61,854 bases of DNA from an uncultured Planctomycetia bacterium (GTDB lineage: Bacteria > Omnitrophota > Gorgyraeia > 2-02-FULL-51-18), in assembly GCA_964642015.1 (NCBI GenBank), contig CAZXLF010000005.1, positions 1-61,854 on the forward strand, written 5' to 3'. This document shows, piece after piece, positions 47,678 through 57,841 of this stretch (position 1 is the stretch's first letter; each line of letters begins with the position of its first letter). The notes beneath the pieces are model-generated. The model was not told the origin of the DNA and did not search any database. It saw only the letters and a list, made by a program, of their open reading frames with translations. The translations under genes were made by a program, and so were the position numbers.

Positions 47678-48609
47678 GAGACTTTTTTCTCCAAGAATAA
47701 TGCTCCCAAAAAACCTCTTTCGTCTTGGAAATCGATCAAATCTTGATTCCCATAGATCTTCAATCCTGATGGATGTATAACATCCGCGTTCAATTTGTCG
47801 CGGTAACCGAAACGCAGACCTTTATCGACCAAAAGCACTTCATGATTAGGATCATAACACATAGTAATAGCAATAATACCACCCGGTTTCAACACACGGC
47901 CCGCTTCTTTCATCATAAATTGGCGCGTTGGCGACGTCAAATGCTCGATCGTACAGATCGAAAAGATCCGGTCGAAGGTTTCATCCTCGAAAGGCCAGCG
48001 TTTGGCTATATCGTGATCGATCGCCTTGAGATCCCAACCCATTTTCTTCGCGATATCGTTCGCGTTGAATATTGTCCCGCAATTACCCCAATCGTTATCC
48101 AGAACACGAACTGAACAGCCTAACCGAGCTAGGAAAAAAGAGAATGGCGTAGACGCTCCTCCCACATCCAGCACATGATGTCCGTTTTTAACCCCGGAGT
48201 GAAATATGGTCCAGATATTTTCCCAAAGCTTTGTAAATTCAGAACGCGGATAAAACATTCTCGGTAAAAAAGTAGCGGCGGTATTGGTAAATCGAAATCT
48301 TTTGGATTTAAGTTCTTCTTTGAGCGCTTCGATCTGTTGTGCCACCGCTTTGAGATCCGGCTGGACCATATCCTCTTCGATCCACACAGCGCTTTTATTT
48401 ATAAAACCGACCGGATTCGAAAACGAATCTTTGCGGACTGACAACCACGAACCATCGCCGTCGTTCATGACGCCGAACGGCCTTTTTTTCCGTGCCTTTG
48501 TTTCAGCAAAACGCACGGCGACTTGACGATAGTTTTTTCGAAGTTTCAGGAACAATCGATAGTACCAGGGCACACAGGCCGGATAGCGCTCTTTATTTTC
48601 GTCTCTCAA
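47674..48609 (-). CDS. Class I SAM-dependent methyltransferase
   Basis: VLDVGGAS, WPFEDETFDRI, RVLKPGG. Confidence 0.85.
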   Translation of the reverse strand: MRDENKERYPACVPWYYRLFLKLRKNYRQVAVRFAETKARKKRPFGVMNDGDGSWLSVRKDSFSNPVGFINKSAVWIEEDMVQPDLKAVAQQIEALKEELKSKRFRFTNTAATFLPRMFYPRSEFTKLWENIWTIFHSGVKNGHHVLDVGGASTPFSFFLARLGCSVRVLDNDWGNCGTIFNANDIAKKMGWDLKAIDHDIAKRWPFEDETFDRIFSICTIEHLTSPTRQFMMKEAGRVLKPGGIIAITMCYDPNHEVLLVDKGLRFGYRDKLNADVIHPSGLKIYGNQDLIDFQDERGFLGALFLEKKVS

Positions 48610-48622
48610 TCTTTATCATTCC

Positions 48623-50119
48623 CTATGAACCAGACGATCCGGTATTAGTCAAAGGTATCGTGAAAGAAAAAAACGTATATTTCCCAATTTCAGAATCGAC
48701 AGTGATGATACCTCCCTGAGCCGAAACTAAATATTGCACAATAGCCAATCCTAATCCCGTGCCGCAAACATTACCCGTACGGTTCTTATCAACTTGATAA
48801 AAAGGCCTGAAGATATTTTCCCTTTCTTCCGGCGGGATCCCGGGGCCGTCATCTTTAAAGAAAATTTCCACAAAATCTCTGGATGTTTTTGTGCCTGCGT
48901 TAATATTTATGACATCCTTATCGGAAAATTTCACCGCATTTTCAAATAAATTTTGCAGAACAACCTCAAAATGCTTTTTATCATATAAGACTTTTGGATC
49001 AGGGTCTTCTAAATGCATATCAAGAACGATCTTTTTCTTTTTTTCTCGTTTTACAAAATTTTCCAGACATTTTTTCATCAGAGAGCCGGCCTCGATCGAT
49101 TCATTGAAAAGATCCGCTTTTCTGTTTTTGACGGCCATGAACTGGATCAATTTTTCGAAAGACCCAACCAATTCAGAAGATTTTTCAAAGATCGCTTGAA
49201 TCAACACTTTTTGATCGGCCGTCAATGAACCGGCTATGTTTTTATGAAGCAATGTAGCGTTCTTGTTAACAATCGCTAATGGAGTACGAAGCTTATGAGA
49301 AATAAAATTCAGAAATTCTTCTTCTTTAAAAGCTTTATTACGGACGTCCGTAACGTCATCGAGTGTGACAATAATACCGCTGATATCGCGGAACGCGCTT
49401 TTAATAACATTAGATCTCACTTCCAAAATAAGCGGTCTCAAGATCTCTGTTTCAGGTCTTTCAATATCAAACCTCAAGGATTCGCTTTTCATGGATCGGG
49501 CCAGATCGCCTTCATAATGCACATTATAAATTTTCTGAATGTATTCGGGAAAATGGAGCGCGTTTCTTAGATCTTTCGCATGTAAAAGATCCCGGGCTTT
49601 CTCATTTAAACGAATGATTTTAAGCTGGCCGTCCAAAAGAACCACTCCGTCTTCCATATAATCAAAAAGGCTGTCAAACTTCGCCTGTCCTTCCAATGCC
49701 GCGCGCGAACTGGAAAGTTTCAATATCGTATCTACTCTAGTCTGAACTTCGGTCCTGTCATAAGGTTTCGGAAGAAAATCGTCGCAACCTGCTTCAATGC
49801 TCCTTGCCCGGCTCCTTCCGTCGTTTTCATTGGCCGTAATAATAATAGGGGTCAAGCGTAACCTATGGTCCGACTTGATCTTCTTAGTGACTTCAAAAAC
49901 ATCGATCCCATCGGTAGCGGTATCTAAAATAAAAAGATCAATATTGTCTTTGCTCATATATTGCGTCATTTCCACCAGGTTTGAAGCCAATATTAGCTCA
50001 TAGGGCTGGGAAACAAAATAGGCTTCAAGTTGTTTTCGGTCTTTAGACGGGGGCGAAGCGATAAGTATATGGTAGATATTCTGCAAATTTGGCCTCAAGC
50101 ATAAAGAATCGTGGCGCAA
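48623..50119 (-). CDS. REC-PAS-HisKA-HATPase sensor kinase
   Basis: Atypical REC domain, PAS domain, SHKLRTPL, NLFENAVKFS, DDGPG, GTGLGLAI. Confidence 0.88.
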   Translation of the reverse strand: MRHDSLCLRPNLQNIYHILIASPPSKDRKQLEAYFVSQPYELILASNLVEMTQYMSKDNIDLFILDTATDGIDVFEVTKKIKSDHRLRLTPIIITANENDGRSRARSIEAGCDDFLPKPYDRTEVQTRVDTILKLSSSRAALEGQAKFDSLFDYMEDGVVLLDGQLKIIRLNEKARDLLHAKDLRNALHFPEYIQKIYNVHYEGDLARSMKSESLRFDIERPETEILRPLILEVRSNVIKSAFRDISGIIVTLDDVTDVRNKAFKEEEFLNFISHKLRTPLAIVNKNATLLHKNIAGSLTADQKVLIQAIFEKSSELVGSFEKLIQFMAVKNRKADLFNESIEAGSLMKKCLENFVKREKKKKIVLDMHLEDPDPKVLYDKKHFEVVLQNLFENAVKFSDKDVININAGTKTSRDFVEIFFKDDGPGIPPEERENIFRPFYQVDKNRTGNVCGTGLGLAIVQYLVSAQGGIITVDSEIGKYTFFSFTIPLTNTGSSGS

Positions 50120-50125
50120 ACATTA

Positions 50126-50235
50126 TGGCAGAGAAAGAAGGATTCGGCGCCCTTTGGGTCGGCCATTCGCCGCATTCGTTGCTCCTAACCGTCGCAACTC
50201 ATAAACACGCGGCTCTCTTCGAATCCTCTATTCTC
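50126..50235. repeat. tRNA-Ser-3'-derived inverted-repeat element
   Basis: TGGCAGAGAAAGAAGGATTCG ... CGAATCCTCTATTCTCT arms around a GC-rich insert, about 13 bp downstream of tRNA-Ser. Confidence 0.75.
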
Positions 50236-50248
50236 TACTATTTTAAAC

Positions 50249-50333
50249 CGGAGAGAGGAGGATTCGAACCTCCGAACCCTTTCGGGTTACACGCTTTCGA
50301 GGCGCGCGCATTCGACCACTCTGCCATCTCTCC
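50249..50333 (-). tRNA. tRNA-Ser(CGA)
   Basis: GGAGAGA acceptor, CT-CGA-AA loop, long variable arm, GGTTCGAATCC. Confidence 0.96.
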
Positions 50334-50458
50334 TAATCGTCTAATATTTGAATAATATCTTTGGCATATATATACCATAACCCCTCTAAACTGTAACTAG
50401 CAAAGTCGGCAGCTGGCTTGTGGTATAATTTGTCCTCAAAACAACTTACGGAGACACT

Positions 50459-52246
50459 ATGTCCGATCAACTTGCCAAAGATATTCGCTGGGACCTTTCG
50501 GATCTTTACCAGTCCATTCAAGATCCCCGGATCGAGGCGGATCTCAAGCTGTCTGAATCTAAAGCGATAGAGTTCGCGAATAAATACAAAACAATTTTTG
50601 AGAAACAGCCTAATGGCCATGCATCGTTGGCGGCTTTGATGAAGGATTATAAAGAGATCGTTACGCTGATGACCAAACCCGGCGTTTTCGCCCACCTCTC
50701 ATTCGCCGAAAAAACCAATGATCCGGCTGTCGGCGCTTTCATGCAAAAAATGCAGGTAAGGCTCACTGATATCTCGTCGCATCTGATCTTTTTTGAAGTG
50801 CAATGGAATCGTCTTGAACCAAAGACAGCTTCTCAATGGCTAGACGATGCTTCAGTCCGAAATGACAGGCATTTCCTGGAAAAATTGCGCGCTTATGCGC
50901 CGTATACGCTGAATGAAAGCGAAGAAAAGATCATGGCCATTAAATCGAACACCAGCGGAAACGCATTCAGCCGGTTGTTTGATGAAGTCATGAATAATAT
51001 CCCATTCTATATTGAGATCGGCGGTCAGCGGGTGAAAAAAACCGAAGGCGAAGTGCTTTCGACGCTCCATTCCGCCGATAGAAGCGAAAGAAAAAAAGCG
51101 GCCGAAAGTCTGGCTGAGGGATTGAATAATAATACCCATCTTTTGACCTATATCCACAACATGATCCTTGCGGATCATCGCTCCTCTTTAAAGATCAGAC
51201 ATTATAAACATCCGATGGATCCTAGAAATCTATCCAACGAGATAGACCTCGAAAGCGTCGAACATCTGGTCCAAAGCGTTAAGAAAGCTTATCCGCTCGC
51301 GCAGCGCTTTTATCAGCTAAAAAGAAAATTACTCAAACTGGACAAGCTTTTTGATTATGACAGATATGCGCCTATTGATCATTCCGAAGACAAGCTTGAC
51401 TTTGCGCGTTGCAAAGAGATCGTTGTTTCAGGTTACCGCGATTTTTCGCCGGAGGTCGGAAAGATCATCGAACAATTTTTTTCAAAACGCTGGATCGACG
51501 CGGAAGTGCGCGAAGGAAAACAAGGCGGCGGCTTCTGCTGCGAAACAACTCCGGAACTACACCCTTACATATTGGTTAATTACACCGGTACGATCCGCGA
51601 TGCAATGACCGTCGCCCATGAATGCGGACATGGTCTGCATCAATGGTTAGCGCGAAAGTCCGGCATATTAGAGTCCGGCGCACCGCTGACGATGGCCGAA
51701 ACCGCATCGGTTTTCGGTGAAATGTTGATATTCGAAGAAATCCTCGAAAAAGAAAAAGATCCAAAAAAAAGATTAAGTCTCCTCTGCGGAAAGATCGACG
51801 ATAATTTTTCCACGGTCTTCAGGCAGATCGTTTTGACAGATTACGAACTTTTATCCCATGAAGCCGGATTGAAAGAAGGCGAACTTTCAAGTGAGAGACT
51901 GAGCGATTTCTGGATCCAGGCCAACCAGGCTATGTACGGCAACAGCGTGGAGCTGACTGAAAACTACCGCCACGGCTGGAAATATATCGGTCATTTCATC
52001 CACTCGCCTTTTTATTGCTACGCCTATGCCTTTGCCCAACTTTATGTGCTATGCTTGTATCAGAGGTACAAAGAAGGCAAAGAATCTTTCATCCCGAAAT
52101 ATCTTGAAATGCTGTCACTCGGCGGATCAAGAAAACCGGAAGAGATCGCAGCGATAGTCGGATTGAATATCCGCGATCCCCAATTTTGGGATGCAGGCAT
52201 CAATCTTTTGGACCAGTTAGTTACTGATGCAGAAAAGATGGCCTAA
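50459..52246 (+). CDS. pepF: M3B oligoendopeptidase F
   Basis: WDLSDLY, GKQGGGFC, AHECGH (HExxH), AETASVFGE, HFIHSPFYCYAY. Confidence 0.92.
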   Translation: MSDQLAKDIRWDLSDLYQSIQDPRIEADLKLSESKAIEFANKYKTIFEKQPNGHASLAALMKDYKEIVTLMTKPGVFAHLSFAEKTNDPAVGAFMQKMQVRLTDISSHLIFFEVQWNRLEPKTASQWLDDASVRNDRHFLEKLRAYAPYTLNESEEKIMAIKSNTSGNAFSRLFDEVMNNIPFYIEIGGQRVKKTEGEVLSTLHSADRSERKKAAESLAEGLNNNTHLLTYIHNMILADHRSSLKIRHYKHPMDPRNLSNEIDLESVEHLVQSVKKAYPLAQRFYQLKRKLLKLDKLFDYDRYAPIDHSEDKLDFARCKEIVVSGYRDFSPEVGKIIEQFFSKRWIDAEVREGKQGGGFCCETTPELHPYILVNYTGTIRDAMTVAHECGHGLHQWLARKSGILESGAPLTMAETASVFGEMLIFEEILEKEKDPKKRLSLLCGKIDDNFSTVFRQIVLTDYELLSHEAGLKEGELSSERLSDFWIQANQAMYGNSVELTENYRHGWKYIGHFIHSPFYCYAYAFAQLYVLCLYQRYKEGKESFIPKYLEMLSLGGSRKPEEIAAIVGLNIRDPQFWDAGINLLDQLVTDAEKMA

Positions 52247-52280
52247 AAAATTTCCGCTGGTCAGAGTTTTGAGAAACGCC

Positions 52281-52910
52281 ATGAAAAAAACATTTCCACT
52301 GATAATGCTTTTCTTCGCTTTCATTATTTTTGCCGTTTCTAGCTGGGCTGCGGAAAGAAGTTTTCTTTACGACTACGACGGGAACGTGATCCTTATGCGT
52401 GACGGCGTTGGACTCACCTTAAAACCCGACATCAGCATTCAGCAAAATGATATTCTAAAAACTGACTCAAATGCCACAGCGGATGTTTTAATGAATCAAT
52501 TGGCGGGCATCCGCTTTTACGGAGATTCCGAATGTGAATTTGAAAATATCAGAACAGATTCGATGTACGTGGTCTTCAATCAGGGTAAAGCCATCTTGAA
52601 CATGAAAGCAATGCCGACCGCCACTGTCTTCAGCATAGAAACCCCTACGGCCGTCATTAAGACTGATGTGCTCGCGCAATTTTCCTGTGTGATCACCGAA
52701 CAAGACGGGAAATTGATCACTACCGTCGCCATCAGAAAAGGGAGTATTTTAGTACACGTCAAATCTTCCGAGAGCGATATCAACGTGTTGCAGAATCAGG
52801 CGCTGGATATATCGACTGATACTTTCATCAGTGCGCCAAGAAATGTGAATGAAGAAGAAGAGAAACTTTTAAAAAGCATTACATCGGTGATCGTCAGCGA
52901 CGAATTTTAG
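52281..52910 (+). CDS. Secreted FecR-domain protein
   Basis: Signal peptide from ATG 52281; FSIETPTAVI; paralogous in layout to 15049..15666. Confidence 0.7.
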   Translation: MKKTFPLIMLFFAFIIFAVSSWAAERSFLYDYDGNVILMRDGVGLTLKPDISIQQNDILKTDSNATADVLMNQLAGIRFYGDSECEFENIRTDSMYVVFNQGKAILNMKAMPTATVFSIETPTAVIKTDVLAQFSCVITEQDGKLITTVAIRKGSILVHVKSSESDINVLQNQALDISTDTFISAPRNVNEEEEKLLKSITSVIVSDEF

Positions 52911-53692
52911 AGCTTAATCTGGGCAATCAGGCCGTCTTGCATGAGTTGAGAAAACCACTCCGTCGCTGAATGAAGTTCTTCTGCGAAATGATCAGCCACT
53001 TTCTCACAAGCAGATTCGAGATCCAGGCCGCCTAGCAATCCTTCGAGCATCAATGTTTGCCATCCATTCAGCAATTTACATTCCACGCGAAATTCGTGCC
53101 GGTAGACCATGACACTTTGCGGATTGTCCTTGATCCGGATATTGGACTGATCCTTTGATCCCTTCCTGGAATTCCAGATATCCAGTATAGGCCAGGATGA
53201 ATTGATCCATGAAACGGAAGGTTGAAAAATAAAAACCGCCTGCGACATCGATTCCGGCGAAATCTGAGAAAGTGACGTCACATCAAGCGGGGTTCTATCA
53301 AAAGCGTGAAAAGCTTCGCATATAAGCCATTCAAGTTTTGCCAAATCCGGTAAGAACGGAAGCTCTTTCGTTAATGAATAAGACTCGATAAATTCAGGCA
53401 AATGTTCCCCGACAAAACTGAGATTATAATTATGCGACGGGTACTTTGCTGAGTAAGCTTTTGACAATTCCGAAAAATGAACTTCTCCGATCACCCATCG
53501 TACCGCCTCGTAAACCTCCGCAAGTCCGTCACGAAAACGGATCTCATAACCTTCCGCATAAACGGACAACCGCTCTTGGCCCGGCGTACCAGCTTGAGGA
53601 TTTAGATCCACCAACGTAGCAGACAAAGCGCCGGAAGGATGGACTTTGGACTTAACCCATTGTTGTGTTTCAGCGAGCGAGGGCTTTTTCAT
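52907..53692 (-). CDS. DUF2063 / BufC-HvfC-like RiPP maturation partner
   Basis: RLSVYAEGYEIR, FLPDLAKLEW; directly downstream of DUF692. Confidence 0.85.
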   Translation of the reverse strand: MKKPSLAETQQWVKSKVHPSGALSATLVDLNPQAGTPGQERLSVYAEGYEIRFRDGLAEVYEAVRWVIGEVHFSELSKAYSAKYPSHNYNLSFVGEHLPEFIESYSLTKELPFLPDLAKLEWLICEAFHAFDRTPLDVTSLSQISPESMSQAVFIFQPSVSWINSSWPILDIWNSRKGSKDQSNIRIKDNPQSVMVYRHEFRVECKLLNGWQTLMLEGLLGGLDLESACEKVADHFAEELHSATEWFSQLMQDGLIAQIKL

Positions 53693-54512
53693 GGACTCTT
53701 TCATAAATTTGGCGTGCTCGAGCTGCTTCTGCCGCGAGCGTTTCATAAGGCGGTACCGCTTCGTCCCACTCGATCAAGGTAGTCACGGGGCCCCAAAGAT
53801 CAAGCGCTTCTTCATATAATTTCCAAACTTCGTTGACAACAGGAGCGCTGTGAGTATCAAAATAATAATCACCCATGTCGGTGTAGCCTGCTAGATGGAT
53901 CTGACCGACCAAATGACCGGGTACTCCGTGCAAAAATTCACGAGCATTAAATTTGTGATTGAATGCGTTGACAAAAATGTTGTTCAGATCCATTAGAATA
54001 CCGCAACCGGATCTTTTGGCAATGTTGACCAAGAATTCCCACTCAGGCATAACGGAATGCTTATAAGTAACGTACGAAGACACATTTTCCAAAAGGATCG
54101 TGCGGCCGATAAAATCCTGGACTTGTCTCACGCGGTCAGCGATGTGATCAACCGCTTCTTCGGTGAAAGGTAAAGGTAAAAGATCGTGCAGATTTTCTCC
54201 GCCGACACCTGTCCAGCAAAGATGATCGGAAACAAGAAATGGATCAACACGATCGATTAGCATTTTTAGACGTTCAAGATATTTTGGATTAAGCGGATCA
54301 ACCGATCCGATCGAAAGTGAAACTCCGTGTATCGCGACAGGATAATGACGGCGTACTTCTCCGAGGATATGGATAGGTTTTCCACCGGAGTCCATGAAGT
54401 TTTCCGAGATCACCTCAAACCAATCCATCGCAGGACGCTCACGCATCACAAGATCATAATGCTCCCTTCGGAGCCCTACTCCGCAGCCCATTTTCGACCA
54501 TTGATGATCCAT
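53670..54512 (-). CDS. DUF692 multinuclear non-heme iron oxidase (MNIO, BufB-like)
   Basis: GVGLR, FEVISENF, HGVSLSIG, SDHLCW, LLENVS, DLNN, QIHLAG, DTHS, IEWD. Confidence 0.95.
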   Translation of the reverse strand: MDHQWSKMGCGVGLRREHYDLVMRERPAMDWFEVISENFMDSGGKPIHILGEVRRHYPVAIHGVSLSIGSVDPLNPKYLERLKMLIDRVDPFLVSDHLCWTGVGGENLHDLLPLPFTEEAVDHIADRVRQVQDFIGRTILLENVSSYVTYKHSVMPEWEFLVNIAKRSGCGILMDLNNIFVNAFNHKFNAREFLHGVPGHLVGQIHLAGYTDMGDYYFDTHSAPVVNEVWKLYEEALDLWGPVTTLIEWDEAVPPYETLAAEAARARQIYERVHEKALAR

Positions 54513-54611
54513 AGAATTATTTTCCGTTACATTCATCATCATAAATGGCATCGGTGTACAGTTTGCAGTTCAAGCAAACCGTACACCGAAAACCAATCAC
54601 CTTTTATAGAA

Positions 54612-54881
54612 TTACTCCGTAAGCTTCCCGCCCTGGATCTTCATGCAAGAACCCTTGGCGACATCAATAAATCCTGCGCCTTTGCAAGAATTCTTACCTG
54701 CGCAAGAATTACCGGCTTTGCTTCCGCAAGCGCCCGTTCCCTTGCAAGCATTGATACCATAGCAGTGCTCCAACTCACCCTGAGCGGCGCTCGCCTGGCT
54801 CAAAATCCCTGAGCCAACCGTTGCGATCAAACCCGCCACAGAAGCGGCAATCAACATCTTTTTCTTTTTATCCAGTGCCAT
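54612..54881 (-). CDS. Secreted Cys-rich RiPP precursor (bufferin BufA2-like)
   Basis: Signal peptide, then HCYGINACKG..AC..NSCAGKNSCKG..GSC (6 Cys); AAGGAG SD before ATG 54881. Confidence 0.85.
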   Translation of the reverse strand: MALDKKKKMLIAASVAGLIATVGSGILSQASAAQGELEHCYGINACKGTGACGSKAGNSCAGKNSCKGAGFIDVAKGSCMKIQGGKLTE

Positions 54882-55026
54882 TTTATCTCCTTCTTTATTT
54901 GCGGTTGTAAGAAAAGCATGCTTTTTAAGCATGTTTTAATGACTGCGTAAAACTGTGGTATTATATCAAAAACCATCAAAATGTACATTCAACGCGTAAA
55001 GAGGGTTTTTCATCAAAGGAGTTTAT

Positions 55027-55416
55027 TTGGCATCTGTTTTCACGAAAATTTTGAGCGGTGAGATCCCGTGCCACAAGCTGCTTGAGGACGAAAAGTACTT
55101 CTCATTCCTGGACATTCGGCCCATCAATCCGGGTCATACATTGGTCATACCCAAAAAAGAGGTCGATTACATTTTTGATATGGATGATCCATCCTTGGGC
55201 GGGCTAATGATCTTTTCGAAGAAACTCGCGCATGCGATCAAGAAAGCCGTACCGTGTAAAAAAGTCGGCGTTATGGTCGCTGGACTCGAAGTTCCTCACA
55301 CACATATTCATCTGATACCTATTGAAAGCATTCACGATCTTTCATTTGCTAAAGCGAAACCTTGTGGACAGGAAGAATTGGCAAAAATGGCTGAAAAAAT
55401 CCGTAGTTATCTATGA
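55027..55416 (+). CDS. HIT family hydrolase
   Basis: FLDIRPINPGHTLVIPK and the PHTHIH histidine triad. Confidence 0.93.
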   Translation: MASVFTKILSGEIPCHKLLEDEKYFSFLDIRPINPGHTLVIPKKEVDYIFDMDDPSLGGLMIFSKKLAHAIKKAVPCKKVGVMVAGLEVPHTHIHLIPIESIHDLSFAKAKPCGQEELAKMAEKIRSYL

Positions 55417-57581
55417 ATATCTTTGAATTTGGCTTCAAGGATCTCAAAATTCCAGCTATCGGCTATGAATATTTTGCCCTCTTTATCCATTAGAACCTGA
55501 AAAGGCCTGCCTAGCTTCGGATCTTTGCCATATTCATTCTCCATTTTACCCAGATATTTTCCTTCATTAGAATAAAATGAAATTTGCGTCGTTTTTAAAT
55601 TCAAAATGCTGAAAGATCCCTGAGGGCCGACCGTAAGACGCACTTGCGGCTCGAATATTCTCACATTGATTTCAAGTAATTTATTCCCTTCAGCGCTGAA
55701 TACACTCACCTTCCTCCGTACACTATCTAAAACATAGATCTGTCCCTTGTTGTCCATCCCGATGTCAAAACTTTCAGATTTTTTTACGCCGCCTCGAAAA
55801 TTATAAGGGATCCTGCTCTGAACTGCACCTGTATGATTCAAAAGATAAACAGTATTTGAACCGCAATCTATAACAGCCATCTTTCCATCATGGCTCACCG
55901 CAATCGAGGATGGCGCGATCATCTCTTTTGCGTCAAAAGACGGAACAAGATTACCGGTTGCATCAAACTTCGCTAAAAAACCGCTTTCGATCTCTGAAAC
56001 CATAAGCGTGCCGTCAGGGCAAATTTTGAGATCGCGGATGTTCAATATCTTTCCATTTTTAGGGTTTTTCAAAAAAATCTTTGATTTCAAAGAGCCATTC
56101 TTACCCATGAATTGCAAAGACTTATCGGTTGGGTCGAACCACACAAACCCTTCACCGCTCACCGCCGCTTTCGGAGAAGGCATGCTCCTCAATATTTGTC
56201 CGGAAGTGGTTTTTTTCTGTTCAGCATCAACGGATATCCTTCGGACAACATCCCATGAGTCAGACCGATCTAAATTTAAAATATAAATGCTTTCAAAAAC
56301 CGCCAGCAAAGACACCAAAACGTAAACCGCAAGTTTCATTGAAAAAGAAGAAAATTTTTCATTAAAAACTATCGGTCGACGAGTATTATTCGATCTCATC
56401 ACACTGATCATTAAAATTCCTATCACAAGCCAGAATCCTGTCTCGGAAAAAAATCCAAGCCAATATTCTGCAGCAACAGAAAGCCGAGCAATCGGAAAGA
56501 TTCCGAACAACATCTCCGGATATATTGCCCAGTAAAGAACTAGCAGAGCGAATCCGCCGATAATTGAATAAACAAGCGCCGCTCGGCGTGACCATAAAAA
56601 TAAAAAAGGCAGAACCCAGATAAAATATTGCTGAGCCACAGTGGTCAGAGAAAAATAGATAAGAAGAAAAATAAAAATGATCGATTGCAATAAATCCTTT
56701 CTTCGCTTCATCCAAAAAAGAGAGCTGAGGTAAATGATCGAAAAAATGATCTTATCGACGTGCTGAGCGTTCTGAAGAAGATAAGCGGCTAATTTTTTTA
56801 ACAAAAATGAATTGGCAAATAACGAGCCCGATGCCAATGTAGGCAGCACATGCCACCCGACCACTCCGTTCACGCCTGAATAAGAAAGACTTTTTAGCAT
56901 TGGTTCGGGCGAGATCATCAAAAATGGAAGTGTTGTAACGATTACCGGCATACTCGCAAATAAAATAAACCTAAGAGCAGATCGGAAATCTTTGACGTTC
57001 AATAAAAAGGCCGGCAACAGCAAAATCGGATAAGTCCTCCAAGCGATCGCAAGCCCTAAAAATAGCGCTGAAAGATCATGTTCATCTTGCTCAAAAAATA
57101 AGTAAGAAACAAGTGTCAGCAGCGTAGGCCCGGCCATGATATTTCCATGGAATGAAACGATCAATATCGAGATAGGGCATAATGCATAAACCCATGCGGC
57201 CTTAGCTGCTTCCTCTTTGCTTTTTTGAGATAAAACCGCATAAAGAACGGTAAATATCGCAAGATCCGACACGACCGGAATGATTTTGATCGCAGACGCA
57301 AAAGGAATTTGCGTTATTTGAGAAAACCAAAGACAGAAGGGCGCGTAGAAAATTGAAAAAGGCAAATAAACGTAGGGCTGTTTCAGAGTCGAAAAAGCCG
57401 GAGAAATTTCGTAAAGATATGGATTGATATGGTCGAGTATGGCTATTGCCTGATGGCGATAAAGCGTAACATCGAAAACCTCCGTGCTCCAAAATAAAGG
57501 AATACAGCGAATGAAGGCGGCAAATATAAACGGGATCAGAAAATGGTGTGAAACAAAATTTTGATCGCGGAGAACCCGCAT
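55407..57581 (-). CDS. GT87/PIG-M-like polytopic glycosyltransferase fused to an NHL beta-propeller
   Basis: FDVTLY, YVYLP, YALCP, QQYFIW in a multi-TM N-terminus; PSSIAVSHDG, IYVLDS and IFIADSWN NHL repeats. Confidence 0.7.
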   Translation of the reverse strand: MRVLRDQNFVSHHFLIPFIFAAFIRCIPLFWSTEVFDVTLYRHQAIAILDHINPYLYEISPAFSTLKQPYVYLPFSIFYAPFCLWFSQITQIPFASAIKIIPVVSDLAIFTVLYAVLSQKSKEEAAKAAWVYALCPISILIVSFHGNIMAGPTLLTLVSYLFFEQDEHDLSALFLGLAIAWRTYPILLLPAFLLNVKDFRSALRFILFASMPVIVTTLPFLMISPEPMLKSLSYSGVNGVVGWHVLPTLASGSLFANSFLLKKLAAYLLQNAQHVDKIIFSIIYLSSLFWMKRRKDLLQSIIFIFLLIYFSLTTVAQQYFIWVLPFLFLWSRRAALVYSIIGGFALLVLYWAIYPEMLFGIFPIARLSVAAEYWLGFFSETGFWLVIGILMISVMRSNNTRRPIVFNEKFSSFSMKLAVYVLVSLLAVFESIYILNLDRSDSWDVVRRISVDAEQKKTTSGQILRSMPSPKAAVSGEGFVWFDPTDKSLQFMGKNGSLKSKIFLKNPKNGKILNIRDLKICPDGTLMVSEIESGFLAKFDATGNLVPSFDAKEMIAPSSIAVSHDGKMAVIDCGSNTVYLLNHTGAVQSRIPYNFRGGVKKSESFDIGMDNKGQIYVLDSVRRKVSVFSAEGNKLLEINVRIFEPQVRLTVGPQGSFSILNLKTTQISFYSNEGKYLGKMENEYGKDPKLGRPFQVLMDKEGKIFIADSWNFEILEAKFKDIHR

Positions 57582-57841
57582 TAATTTTTAATCCCTAAGC
57601 GATTTTTCACAACAGAAAGATTTTCTCCGAAGGCCGAGATCCGACGTCTTTCGATATTTGAAGATATTTTTCTGATTTCCCATTATTTATGGACGTTTAG
57701 TGTTTAAGTTACGACTTAATAGAGCGGAAATCAATTGAAAAAGTTTTGTGTACTTTCACATCAAAAGTATCAAGTGAGATTTAGCTGTTTTTACATCTTA
57801 AAATTGATAATATTATCGGTAAAGGAACAAGGCTTCTTATC

